Positions 37,967 to 45,749 of a stretch of DNA of 64,000 nucleotides are shown here, piece after piece. The stretch lies in the NCBI GenBank assembly GCA_964570365.1, contig CAZMXT010000004.1:2792-66791 (forward strand). The letters run 5' to 3'. Every line of letters starts with the position of its first letter. The stretch's first letter is position 1. Both the position numbers and the translations under genes were made by a program. Below the pieces are notes generated by a model, which worked only from the letters and a program-made list of their open reading frames with translations, did not search any database and was not told where the DNA came from. Source of the DNA: an uncultured Pseudomonadales bacterium (lineage in GTDB: Bacteria; Patescibacteriota; Microgenomatia; UBA1400; PJMF01).

Positions 37967-39591
37967 TGTTCTATCGTCATATTACCGCTAGTTTGAGCTC
38001 GAATAAGTTCACCACTCGCCGTTGCATTGCGATACCAAGGTTCAAAAATAGGCGACTTATATTCATTACCCCAGCTTTCAATAACCAGAAACCAATCTTT
38101 GTCATCTGCCTGGCGTACAGTTCGGGGAATAGGCTTATTTCTTTGCTTTGCTTGCCACCTAAATAAGTAGTCGTAGTGTTCCGTGTAAATAATAGGAGTA
38201 AAAACCTGGATAACAGGCTCTATGCTTTGTTCTGTTGACCACTGGTACACTATTTGTGTCGCGCCCATCATCTTGGCTAGACCACCATTGTTTATAGGTT
38301 TAAGGATAGTAGCTGACCAGTGGCTAAATGAGTAAACCCCTACTAAACCAACTGCACCAAAGATGATGATTGAGCTATATAGTGGAGCCAGTCTGGTGCG
38401 ATACATTTGGTTGGTAATTTTCTGTAAGCCTAGAACTAATAAAGGGACTAGAAAAATAAAGTGGCAGGTTAGATAGTAACTAAAAAAGTACCCCATATTT
38501 CCTCTCCAAATCATAAAGAAGGGATAAGGGATAAGTGCAAACAGAGCTATTAAGTGCCAAAGATACTGCTGATCAGCATTTTTCTCTGCTCCTGGTTCAG
38601 CAGTTGTAGCTTGGTGGCTAAACAGAAGTACAGAAATAATCCCAATTAAAAATAGTCCGAGCAGACTGATTGATAGCCAAAAATTAGCTTCACTTTGACC
38701 TGGACCAAGGATTAAGTTGACCGAGTTATCAAGTAATTGCAAGGGACGCTGCTGGAAAAGTTGACCCCAGCTCACACTTTTACTGGTATCTTGCATTCCG
38801 GCCAATAATGACTTGGTCATAATAAATTGATTTCGGACTTCAAATAGCAGCTGAGGAAGCAATGTACTGCCCACGGCAAAGGCGGCCGTAACATAATCAA
38901 GGATGTGAGGCCGTTGTTTTCTGAGCCACGGAATAAGCAAAAATAATGGTGGTAAGAAAAAGATGGCATACGCGAACTCACTCTGCAGTGTAAGAGCAAC
39001 CAGCAAGAAACCCAGTCCAAACCAGATTCTGGAACTTCGAGCTTTTGAAAAGCTATATAAAGCTCCCAGCATTAGCGGCACAGAAATTAATGGGTTCCAG
39101 ACAGTTAGGCTGGCCCCCAGACTTCCAGGGATAATGGCGAGCAGGATTGCAGTGAGTACTGCAAATTTTTTGGGAAATAAGCGGTGACTCAGCCACCAAT
39201 ACAGTGGAAAAGCAAGCGAGCCTAAGAAGATATACCACAAGCAAATGCCATACGGATTCCCACCCGAGAGAAGGTAACCCGGTAAGCCCACATAGTACCA
39301 AAGCGGACCCAAGAAAAATCCGCTTAACCCGCTCGTAGGTCCCACTAAAATAAAGTCACCCTGAGCAATTCTTTGCAAGGTTAGAGCATCACGGCCTTGG
39401 TCATAGATAAAGTATAAAGATTCTTTAAAGTTCCAAACTCGGATTAGGATGGCGAAAACTACATACGTCAGGAGTTGCCAATGGAGGGAGAAGAAGGTCT
39501 TCAGTTTGGCTGAAGAGACAGTGGTAGGAGAGACATGTACACTTTGAGGAATTGGCGCAGCCTGTCTTGGCGTTTTTTTAGCTTTCTTCAT
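37951..39591 (-). CDS. GT-C fold membrane glycosyltransferase (paralog of the preceding gene)
   Basis: The same architecture and motif (YFIYDQGRDA). The tool-reported start at 39678 overlaps a tRNA, so the start was moved to MKKAKK at 39591. Confidence 0.6.
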   Translation of the reverse strand: MKKAKKTPRQAAPIPQSVHVSPTTVSSAKLKTFFSLHWQLLTYVVFAILIRVWNFKESLYFIYDQGRDALTLQRIAQGDFILVGPTSGLSGFFLGPLWYYVGLPGYLLSGGNPYGICLWYIFLGSLAFPLYWWLSHRLFPKKFAVLTAILLAIIPGSLGASLTVWNPLISVPLMLGALYSFSKARSSRIWFGLGFLLVALTLQSEFAYAIFFLPPLFLLIPWLRKQRPHILDYVTAAFAVGSTLLPQLLFEVRNQFIMTKSLLAGMQDTSKSVSWGQLFQQRPLQLLDNSVNLILGPGQSEANFWLSISLLGLFLIGIISVLLFSHQATTAEPGAEKNADQQYLWHLIALFALIPYPFFMIWRGNMGYFFSYYLTCHFIFLVPLLVLGLQKITNQMYRTRLAPLYSSIIIFGAVGLVGVYSFSHWSATILKPINNGGLAKMMGATQIVYQWSTEQSIEPVIQVFTPIIYTEHYDYLFRWQAKQRNKPIPRTVRQADDKDWFLVIESWGNEYKSPIFEPWYRNATASGELIRAQTSGNMTIEQWRKN

Positions 39592-39644
39592 AGCAGAAAA
39601 GGCATCATGACCTTGACAAGGTTGTAGTCTGAAGAGAGTGAGAG

Positions 39645-39718
39645 TGTCAAGGGGGAGACTCGAACTCCCAACCTCCACGTTATGAGTGTGGCGCTCTAAC
39701 CAGTTGAGCTACCCTGAC
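39645..39718 (-). tRNA. tRNA with CAU anticodon (elongator Met or Ile2-lysidine type; G1-C72 paired)
   Basis: Hand-folded cloverleaf: GTCAGGG/TA/GCTC-AACTGGTTA-GAGC/G/CCACA-CTCATAA-CGTGG/AGGTT/GGGAG-TTCGAGT-CTCCC/CCTTGAC/A. 74 nt, CCA not encoded. Confidence 0.85.
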
Positions 39719-39901
39719 AAAAGGCAAGCGGTTTTCACCGCGAGCACAAATTATACCAAAGGAGGAGCGAAAAGAGTGGATCAAGGGTGGAACTGGGGGT
39801 TGGGGAGATGTGATAAGGAAAATGAGAAGGCAGTCTCAGCCACCGCGGTTTACTGTTTTGTATGCTGACTTTTCCCTGCAAAAATATCACAATACTAGAG
39901 A

Positions 39902-41557
39902 ATGTTTAATTTTGACAACCTCCGTTCACCAAAATCACACAAGTGCCGTTTTTTTACTGGACTAGTTCTTTGCACAGCTCTTACAGTTCTTGTGAGCACG
40001 GGAAGTGTGGTCCAAGCCAGTTCTGGGAGTCTGAAGGCTGATCCTAATTTTGATGCTTCTCGTTTTAGTCCGGAAGCTGCTCTGTGGTATGACCGCTTGG
40101 TCAGGGGAGTTCAAGGTGGCCAATATCCAGACACGGTTGCCTGTAGTAAGTCAGGAGATGTCTATACTTTGGGCCGTTGTGCGGGTATGGGAATACTCTC
40201 ACTCTCTATGGCTACAAGAGCAACGGGTGATCCTCAGTTCATTTCCCAGATAGATATGATGCTAGACAACATGAGAGCTGACTTAAAAGATGTGTGGCGA
40301 CCAGAGTGTGAGAAGTTTAGCCGTTGCGAGTCGATGCAGGATGGGTATCTCAATTTTACTTCGACTATAAATCCAAATGACGCCAATTTCTATGGTAATG
40401 ACACACTAGAGTTAGATGAGATACTCAGCCACGCCGCAATCACGGCAGGGGTTCGGGCTCTCAAAGAAAATGTAGATCTCCATCCTGAGTATCAAGAAAA
40501 GGTGAGTTTTTGGACTGATTACTTAGAGAATCACTTTCTCAAAAAATGGAAAACAAGATCAAGAATTCCTATTAATGATGAGACTCAATACAGTCGAATT
40601 TTGGGAAAGAGCTTAACGCATCCTTATATCAGTTTTGTCTCCTTTTATAACGATCTTTACTTTTTAACCGGGAAGCAAGTCTATCGAGATGAAGCGCTCC
40701 GGCGCGGTCAGATAGTTAAGCAAACTTTGCATGAAACTGTTTTACAGAATGGGACAACTGGCGTAATTTGGTGACATGGAGTGGCAGGAAGTCGGCCCGG
40801 TTACACACTTTGTCAGCCAGTTGAGTACTCAACCTACACCTTGGCGTATCTGTTGAAGTTAAATCAGGAGGGCTTCGATAACTTTAATCAAGATGCTCAG
40901 ATGGAGCAAATTGCAAACACCATTTCCTACCAAGTCTTACCCAACTCATCGCTAGCTACTGGCCTAACGCCAACAGTTTGTGGCACCAATACGTATAATT
41001 TTCCGCCAGAAATTCTCAATGATATGGATGGTTCATCTCAATATACCAAGAGAAAGCCCTACTCAAGTTTATCGAGCTTCGGTGGGTTTATTGGTTTTGC
41101 CCGCTGGGACCGAAGTGGAACCATTGCTCAAGCAGTAGAAGCCAGTTTTAGAGCTGGAAGCTCTAATTGGGAACGCCCAGGTTCAGATTTACTAAACCCA
41201 ATAGCAGGTGCGTATATGCTAATGGCAATACCGAATACACGAGGTGGAATTTTAGTCAGTCCTAGTCCCACCTTGGTGCCAACTCCGAGCCCTGTGGCTA
41301 GTCCTAGCTCGAGCCCAAGTGTAAGTCCCACGCCATTAGTCAGCCCCACGCCAACACCAGAGATTTCTCCTAGTATTTCTGCATGTGTGGGTGACATTAA
41401 CGACGATCGAAGAGTTGATTTAGCTGACTACTCGTTGCTGTCTGGCTCATTCTTCAGAACCGCCTCAGTTCAGCCCAAGGCAGATCTCAACCAAGATGGG
41501 AGTATTAATATAAGTGACTACTCAATCTTGGTCGACAGATTCTTTAAGCCTTGCTGA
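39902..41557 (+). pseudogene. secreted protein with PT-rich linker and C-terminal dockerin-like domain, interrupted by a single in-frame TGA (40772-40774)
   Basis: Tool ORFs 39902..40774 and 40781..41557 share one frame, separated only by TGG-TGA-CAT. The N-terminus has a signal-peptide-like segment. The C-terminus carries two Ca-binding dockerin repeats (GDINDDRRVDLADYSLL / DLNQDGSINISDYSIL). Confidence 0.6.
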
Positions 41558-41614
41558 TCTTGCTACATTTCATGCTTGGTCTCAACAATTTAACGCAACA
41601 GGTAAGATACCTGA

Positions 41615-41752
41615 AGGCAAAGAACATACAAACGAATACGTGAGTGGGAGCGGGAGGAAATTAGCCTTTGGATAGCCCGTGGTAAATCGTTTCGGGCGAT
41701 AGCCCGAAACCTAAATAGATCTCCCAGAACAATCAGCAGAGAGATTCATTGA
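41615..41752 (+). mobile_element. IS30-family transposase N-terminal HTH fragment (remnant, no start codon)
   Basis: The 45-codon open frame reads ...EEISLWIARGKSFRAIARNLNRSPRTISREIH*. It matches the IS30 HTH_38 motif (GxSxReIARxLgRspSTISRE) and is truncated by TGA. Confidence 0.55.
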
Positions 41753-41879
41753 GGGATATCTCTGTCGCAAACGTTGGATCACTTCTTCATCTTGGGGTAA
41801 ATCGAGGTGAGTAGCAGCAACTCTTTTCGTAACAGCGTCACAAAGGAGCCATTTATAGATATTTTTCGCAATACTGCTC

Positions 41880-41897
41880 TTATGTTGCGGGACTAGG
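41880..41897. repeat. 18-bp exact direct repeat of the tRNA 3' end (TTATGTTGCGGGACTAGG), distal copy (att-like)
   Basis: Identical to 42017..42034, which lies inside and just beyond the 3' end of the tRNA at 42022..42090. Confidence 0.7.
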
Positions 41898-41985
41898 CCC
41901 TCCGCTTCTGCTTCGGGCATTCCCTCGCTCAGCTCGGTCAGAGTCGTGGCTTCGCCAACAATTTCTATTCAATCACAAAATAAAT

Positions 41986-42012
41986 AAAAAAACTACCATT
42001 TGGTAGTTTTCT
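41986..42012. terminator. bidirectional hairpin terminator (AAAACTACCA-TT-TGGTAGTTTT) between the two repeat copies
   Basis: An A-run, a stem and a T-run visible directly in the sequence. Confidence 0.55.
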
Positions 42013-42016
42013 TTTA

Positions 42017-42034
42017 TTATGTTGCGGGACTAGG
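42017..42034. repeat. 18-bp direct repeat, proximal copy overlapping tRNA 3' end
   Basis: Exact match to 41880..41897. Confidence 0.7.
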
Positions 42035-42090
42035 AGTCGAACCTAGCCTGTGAGATTATGAGCCTCACGTGCACCCTACACTATCCCGCG
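42022..42090 (-). tRNA. tRNA-like gene with CAU anticodon, C1·A72 mismatch (initiator-like) and unusually short D-arm (69 nt)
   Basis: Hand-folded: CGCGGGA/TA/GTG-TAGGGTG-CAC/G/TGAGG-CTCATAA-TCTCA/CAGG/CTAGG-TTCGACT-CCTAG/TCCCGCA/A. The 5' and 3' ends closely resemble E. coli tRNA-fMet (CGCGGGG...CCCCGCAACCA). Confidence 0.7.
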
Positions 42091-42194
42091 CGAGTGTTTG
42101 ATTTTACCACGTTACCAGAGAAAAGTAACCCCTCGACCCTTTGCTTCCCCTTCTTAACACTCTGGTTCAATCAAAAAGTTATCCGCCTAAGTTT

Positions 42195-42551
42195 TCAATT
42201 GAACAACAGTTTCTTCCATTGCTGCCAAGGCTTTAGTGGTTTAACAATTACTTTTGGCATTGGACTAGGAATTGGTAGGTCGGGAACCTGGACAATGTAC
42301 TCACCCGGCTTCTGCATCAGTAGTTCATTACGAAAGATTTTTTCTTTGGCTGCAGTCGAAGTGGCGACCTGAGTTTCTCTTTCGAGTTCAGTGACTTCGT
42401 CAGCCATGATACTCACTTCTCGCTCTAACTTAGAGAGTTGATGGGTGGATTGACGAATTTCTCTTTGGTTAAAATAAAGGGATATACATAAAATGACTAC
42501 AAAAAGCGCCGAAAGTATGTACGCCAGAGGAGATGAGAGAAGTCGCCGCAT
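42195..42551 (-). CDS. septum formation initiator FtsB/DivIC/FtsL-like protein
   Basis: 118 aa with an N-terminal TM followed by a coiled coil (HQLSKLEREVSIMADEVTELERE). Confidence 0.6.
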   Translation of the reverse strand: MRRLLSSPLAYILSALFVVILCISLYFNQREIRQSTHQLSKLEREVSIMADEVTELERETQVATSTAAKEKIFRNELLMQKPGEYIVQVPDLPIPSPMPKVIVKPLKPWQQWKKLLFN

Positions 42552-42632
42552 TGATTTAAAACCCCAATTATGTTATTATAAGCCCTTAATTACTCGATAC
42601 TAATGGTTGAGTTACTATCATTGTGAATATCT

Positions 42633-43499
42633 ATGAAAGAAACATTGCTTGAACTACGCACTAAATTTACACAGCATCTTGAAAGTGCGGGTCGTGCTCA
42701 TGCAACTGTGATTGCGTACAGCAAAGATGTAGAGCAGATTATCCAGTTTTTATCTGAAAAAGGAAAGCACTCTTTAGAGGAAATTTCTTCGGAAGATATT
42801 GAAGAGTTTAAAGAATTACTGCGCAAGCAGCGTTATATCGGTAAGTCCATTTCTCGTAAAATTAACTCGGTTAAGTCATTTTTTCGTTTTTTAATTTCTG
42901 AAGGTCTCATTACTGAGAACCCAGCCGAGATCGTGGTGCACCCAAAGTATGATCAATCCCCACCACGAGTACTTTCGAAGTTAGAGTATCGCGCCCTGCG
43001 TGATGCTTGCCGTGCTGATGTCCGCATCCACGCTATCGTGGAAGTTCTGCTGCAGACAGGGATGAGGATTAGTGAGTTAGCAGCCTTGCAAACTCAGGAG
43101 CTAGATCTTGAAAGAAACGTGATCCAAATTAAAGCCCAAAACTCTCGTGATGAGCGAAAAGTTCCCTTAAATACAGCGGCAAAGAATTCTCTAAATGATT
43201 ACCTAAAAGTCCGGCCACGGGCTCGTGAGAAAACTGTTTTCTTAACCAAAACCTGTCGTCCATTTTTAGTTCGTAACATTCGGACTGCGATTGATCGTTA
43301 CTTTAGATTAGCTGGAATTAAAGATGGTAAAGTCAATGACCTTCGCCATACTTTTATTATTGAGCAGCTCAAAGCCGGAACGCCATTAGTCTATGTTTCC
43401 CAATTAGTGGGTCACAAAAGAATTACCACGACTGAAAAATATCTCAAGTTAATTGATGCTCCAGATATGAATCCGAGTGTGCGGATTGAAGAGCTATAA
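42633..43499 (+). CDS. xerC: tyrosine site-specific recombinase, XerC/XerD family
   Basis: 288 aa with an N-terminal core-binding domain and a C-terminal catalytic region (RHTF...LVGHKRITTTEKYLKL) carrying the R..HxxR..Y catalytic residues. Confidence 0.8.
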   Translation: MKETLLELRTKFTQHLESAGRAHATVIAYSKDVEQIIQFLSEKGKHSLEEISSEDIEEFKELLRKQRYIGKSISRKINSVKSFFRFLISEGLITENPAEIVVHPKYDQSPPRVLSKLEYRALRDACRADVRIHAIVEVLLQTGMRISELAALQTQELDLERNVIQIKAQNSRDERKVPLNTAAKNSLNDYLKVRPRAREKTVFLTKTCRPFLVRNIRTAIDRYFRLAGIKDGKVNDLRHTFIIEQLKAGTPLVYVSQLVGHKRITTTEKYLKLIDAPDMNPSVRIEEL

Positions 43500-43513
43500 A
43501 AAATTGGTATACT
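43486..43513 (+). promoter_or_regulatory. candidate sigma70 promoter for trp leader: -35 TTGAAG, 16-bp spacer, extended -10 TGgTATACT
   Basis: -35 at 43486-43491 and -10 at 43508-43513 with TG at 43505-43506. The predicted transcription start is about 43520, at or next to the leader ATG, so the leader mRNA may be leaderless. Confidence 0.45.
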
Positions 43514-43520
43514 TCACACA

Positions 43521-43583
43521 ATGCAAAGTCGCATCATTCTCAGCTCTTGGTGGAGCTCCCTTTCAGAAACGGGAGTCTTTTAG
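43521..43583 (+). CDS. trpL: trp leader peptide (MQSRIILSSWWSSLSETGVF) with tandem Trp codons
   Basis: ATG at 43521. TGG TGG at 43548-43553. Stop TAG at 43581-43583. The Trp codons abut RNA segment 1 of the downstream alternative hairpins. Confidence 0.5.
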   Translation: MQSRIILSSWWSSLSETGVF

Positions 43584-43642
43584 CGTGTAGTAATTATCAC
43601 TGATAAATACAAGTACGAGGCTCCCACAAGGAGTCTTTTTTT
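43553..43642 (+). promoter_or_regulatory. transcription attenuator: alternative hairpins 1:2 (GAGCTCCC/GGGAGTC), 2:3 (GGGAGTC/GGCTCCC) and terminator 3:4 (GGCTCC-CACAA-GGAGTC + T7)
   Basis: Segments at 43553-43560, 43571-43577, 43619-43625 and 43630-43635, followed by TTTTTTT at 43636-43642. The mutually exclusive pairings were checked base by base. Confidence 0.55.
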
Positions 43643-43754
43643 GCTTAAAAAAACTCACTCCGCAGAAAAATATAGAAAAAATTACTAATTAAAGGAAGAT
43701 ATGAATGAACGATTATCAATTTACCATCATCTCTCAATCTCAAAAGGAGTCCAA

Positions 43755-44996
43755 ATGAAGTTACGAAAAACTGATCACTTTGGCATCTTTGGCGGCCGCT
43801 ATGTACCGGAAATGTTGATCTCGACTTTAGATGAGTTAAAGAAAGCGTATCGTGCCGCCAAGCATGATAAAACATTTCAAAAAGAGCTCCAGGAACTCTA
43901 TAAAACATTTAGTGGTCGGCCAACGCCATTGACCTTTGCGGCGAATCTCACAGAGTATCTAGGTGGGGCCAAGATTTACTTAAAAAATGAAGGAGCAAAT
44001 CACACTGGCGCCCACAAAATCACTCATTGCTTGGGGCAAGTTCTGTTGGCCAAAAAAATGGGTAAGAAGCGAATTATTGCGGAGACTGGCGCGGGTCAGC
44101 ACGGTTTAGCTACTGCGACTGTTGCGGCAAAATTTGGTTTGGCATGTACCATTTATATGGGTGCCAAAGACATTCAGCGTCAACGGCAAAATGTCTTTTT
44201 TATGGAGCAGCTAGGGGCAGAAGTCGTCTCAGTCAGTTTTGGTGGTCAGACTTTAAAAGATGCAGTCAATGCGGCGATTAAAGATTTACTTGCTCACTCA
44301 GCAGACACGCACTATGTGATTGGCTCGGTGCTAGGTCCGGACCCGTATCCTCGAATGAATCGTGATTTTCAGTCGATAATTGGCAGAGAAGTGCGACAGC
44401 AACTGCAGCGAGTTGAAGACAGATTGCCTGACCTGTTAATTGCTTGTGTAGGAGGTGGCAGTAATGCGATGGGTTTGTTCACAGCCTTTTTGCGAGACAC
44501 CAACGTGACGCTCTGTGGTGTCGAAGCCGGCGGAGTTGGCACCAAGTTGGGTGAGCACGCGAGTCGATTTAATGGTGGAAAAGTCGGCGTGATCGAAGGC
44601 TACAAGTCGTACTTTTTACAGACCGATGATGGCCAAGTGGCAGCAACCAGAAGCATTGCAGCAGGATTAGACTACGCCGGGATTGGGCCCGAGCTTGCCG
44701 AGCTGCATGACACAGGAAGAGTTGAGTTCACCATCGCCACCGACGCTGAAGCACTCGCCGCTTTTCAAGTTCTCGCCAAAACAGAAGGCATTTTTCCCGC
44801 GCTAGAATCCGCGCACGCGGTGGCGGAAGTGATCAAGCGCGCACCCAAAATGAAGAATACTCAAATTATAGTCGTCAATATCTCTGGCCGTGGTGACAAA
44901 GATTTATTTACGGTGGCCCGCGCTTTGAAAGATGAATCATTTCACCAGTTTTTGCAGGAAGAAGCCAACAGACCTTATTCTCAGGAGCAAACATGA
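43755..44996 (+). CDS. trpB: tryptophan synthase beta chain
   Basis: HFGIFGGRYVPE and GANHTGAHKI (PLP-lysine) motifs. AAGGAG ribosome-binding site 5 nt upstream. An alternative upstream ATG at 43701 also has a ribosome-binding site. Confidence 0.9.
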   Translation: MKLRKTDHFGIFGGRYVPEMLISTLDELKKAYRAAKHDKTFQKELQELYKTFSGRPTPLTFAANLTEYLGGAKIYLKNEGANHTGAHKITHCLGQVLLAKKMGKKRIIAETGAGQHGLATATVAAKFGLACTIYMGAKDIQRQRQNVFFMEQLGAEVVSVSFGGQTLKDAVNAAIKDLLAHSADTHYVIGSVLGPDPYPRMNRDFQSIIGREVRQQLQRVEDRLPDLLIACVGGGSNAMGLFTAFLRDTNVTLCGVEAGGVGTKLGEHASRFNGGKVGVIEGYKSYFLQTDDGQVAATRSIAAGLDYAGIGPELAELHDTGRVEFTIATDAEALAAFQVLAKTEGIFPALESAHAVAEVIKRAPKMKNTQIIVVNISGRGDKDLFTVARALKDESFHQFLQEEANRPYSQEQT

Positions 44997-45742
44997 AAAA
45001 ATTATCGTTAATGACCCACGTTGTGATTGGCTATCCTGATCTAGAATCGACCTACAGAATTGTTGAGCAGATGGTTGAGGAAGGAGTTGCCTATATCGAG
45101 CTCCAAATCCCATTCTCTGATCCCTTAGCTGATGGGCCAGTGATCATGGCGGCGAATGACCGAGCACTCAAAAATGGAGTGACGTTGAAGGATTGTTTTA
45201 AGTTCATGGAGCGAGTAAGTCACGATTTCCCTATCAATTTTCTGTTTATGGGCTACTTTAACTCGGTTTTTCACTTTGGGGTGGAAGATTTTTGCCAGCG
45301 CGCTCAGCAAGTAGGTGCCTATGGCTTAATTATCCCTGACATTCCGATTGATGAAGAACCAGCTGAGAACTTTATCAAGTCATGCGAGACACACAATTTG
45401 CATCACATACGACTACTTTCGCCGACCAGCACCTTAGAAAGAATTCAACTCAACGCCCGGTACCAAAATGGCTTTGTCTACTGCACCAGCCGGGTGGGGA
45501 CCACTGGAGCTGGGGTACAAGTAGATCCGCAGCTAGAGCAGTTTCTACAACTAGTTCGCCAGTACTTCACTGTACCAGTAGCAGTTGGGTTTGGTATTTC
45601 GCAGCCAGAACACGTCAGGGCGCTTCGTGGCATTGCTGACATTGCAGTGATTGGGAGTGCTGTGATTGAGCAGATCACTAAAAACGGGGTAGAATCGGTC
45701 CAGCCATTTATTCGACAATTAATAGAGGCTACTCAAAACTAG
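44993..45742 (+). CDS. trpA: tryptophan synthase alpha chain
   Basis: YIELQIPFSDPLADGPVI motif. The start overlaps the trpB stop (ATGA). Confidence 0.9.
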   Translation: MKKLSLMTHVVIGYPDLESTYRIVEQMVEEGVAYIELQIPFSDPLADGPVIMAANDRALKNGVTLKDCFKFMERVSHDFPINFLFMGYFNSVFHFGVEDFCQRAQQVGAYGLIIPDIPIDEEPAENFIKSCETHNLHHIRLLSPTSTLERIQLNARYQNGFVYCTSRVGTTGAGVQVDPQLEQFLQLVRQYFTVPVAVGFGISQPEHVRALRGIADIAVIGSAVIEQITKNGVESVQPFIRQLIEATQN

Positions 45743-45749
45743 GAGATTT

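Noticed and set aside
39686-39868. 60-aa ORF upstream of the dockerin gene
   Set aside because: It overlaps the tRNA(CAU) at 39645-39718 and has no ribosome-binding site or motifs.
40772-40774. In-frame TGA as selenocysteine or alternative genetic code (UGA = Trp or Gly)
   Set aside because: TGA terminates conserved genes here, for example cmk at 18189-18191. No SECIS-like hairpin follows the codon, and all large housekeeping ORFs are intact under code 11.
41711-41920. 69-aa minus-strand ORF spanning the IS30 remnant end and the distal 18-bp repeat
   Set aside because: No motifs. It overlaps the transposase-fragment frame and the repeat, so it is most likely non-coding scar sequence.
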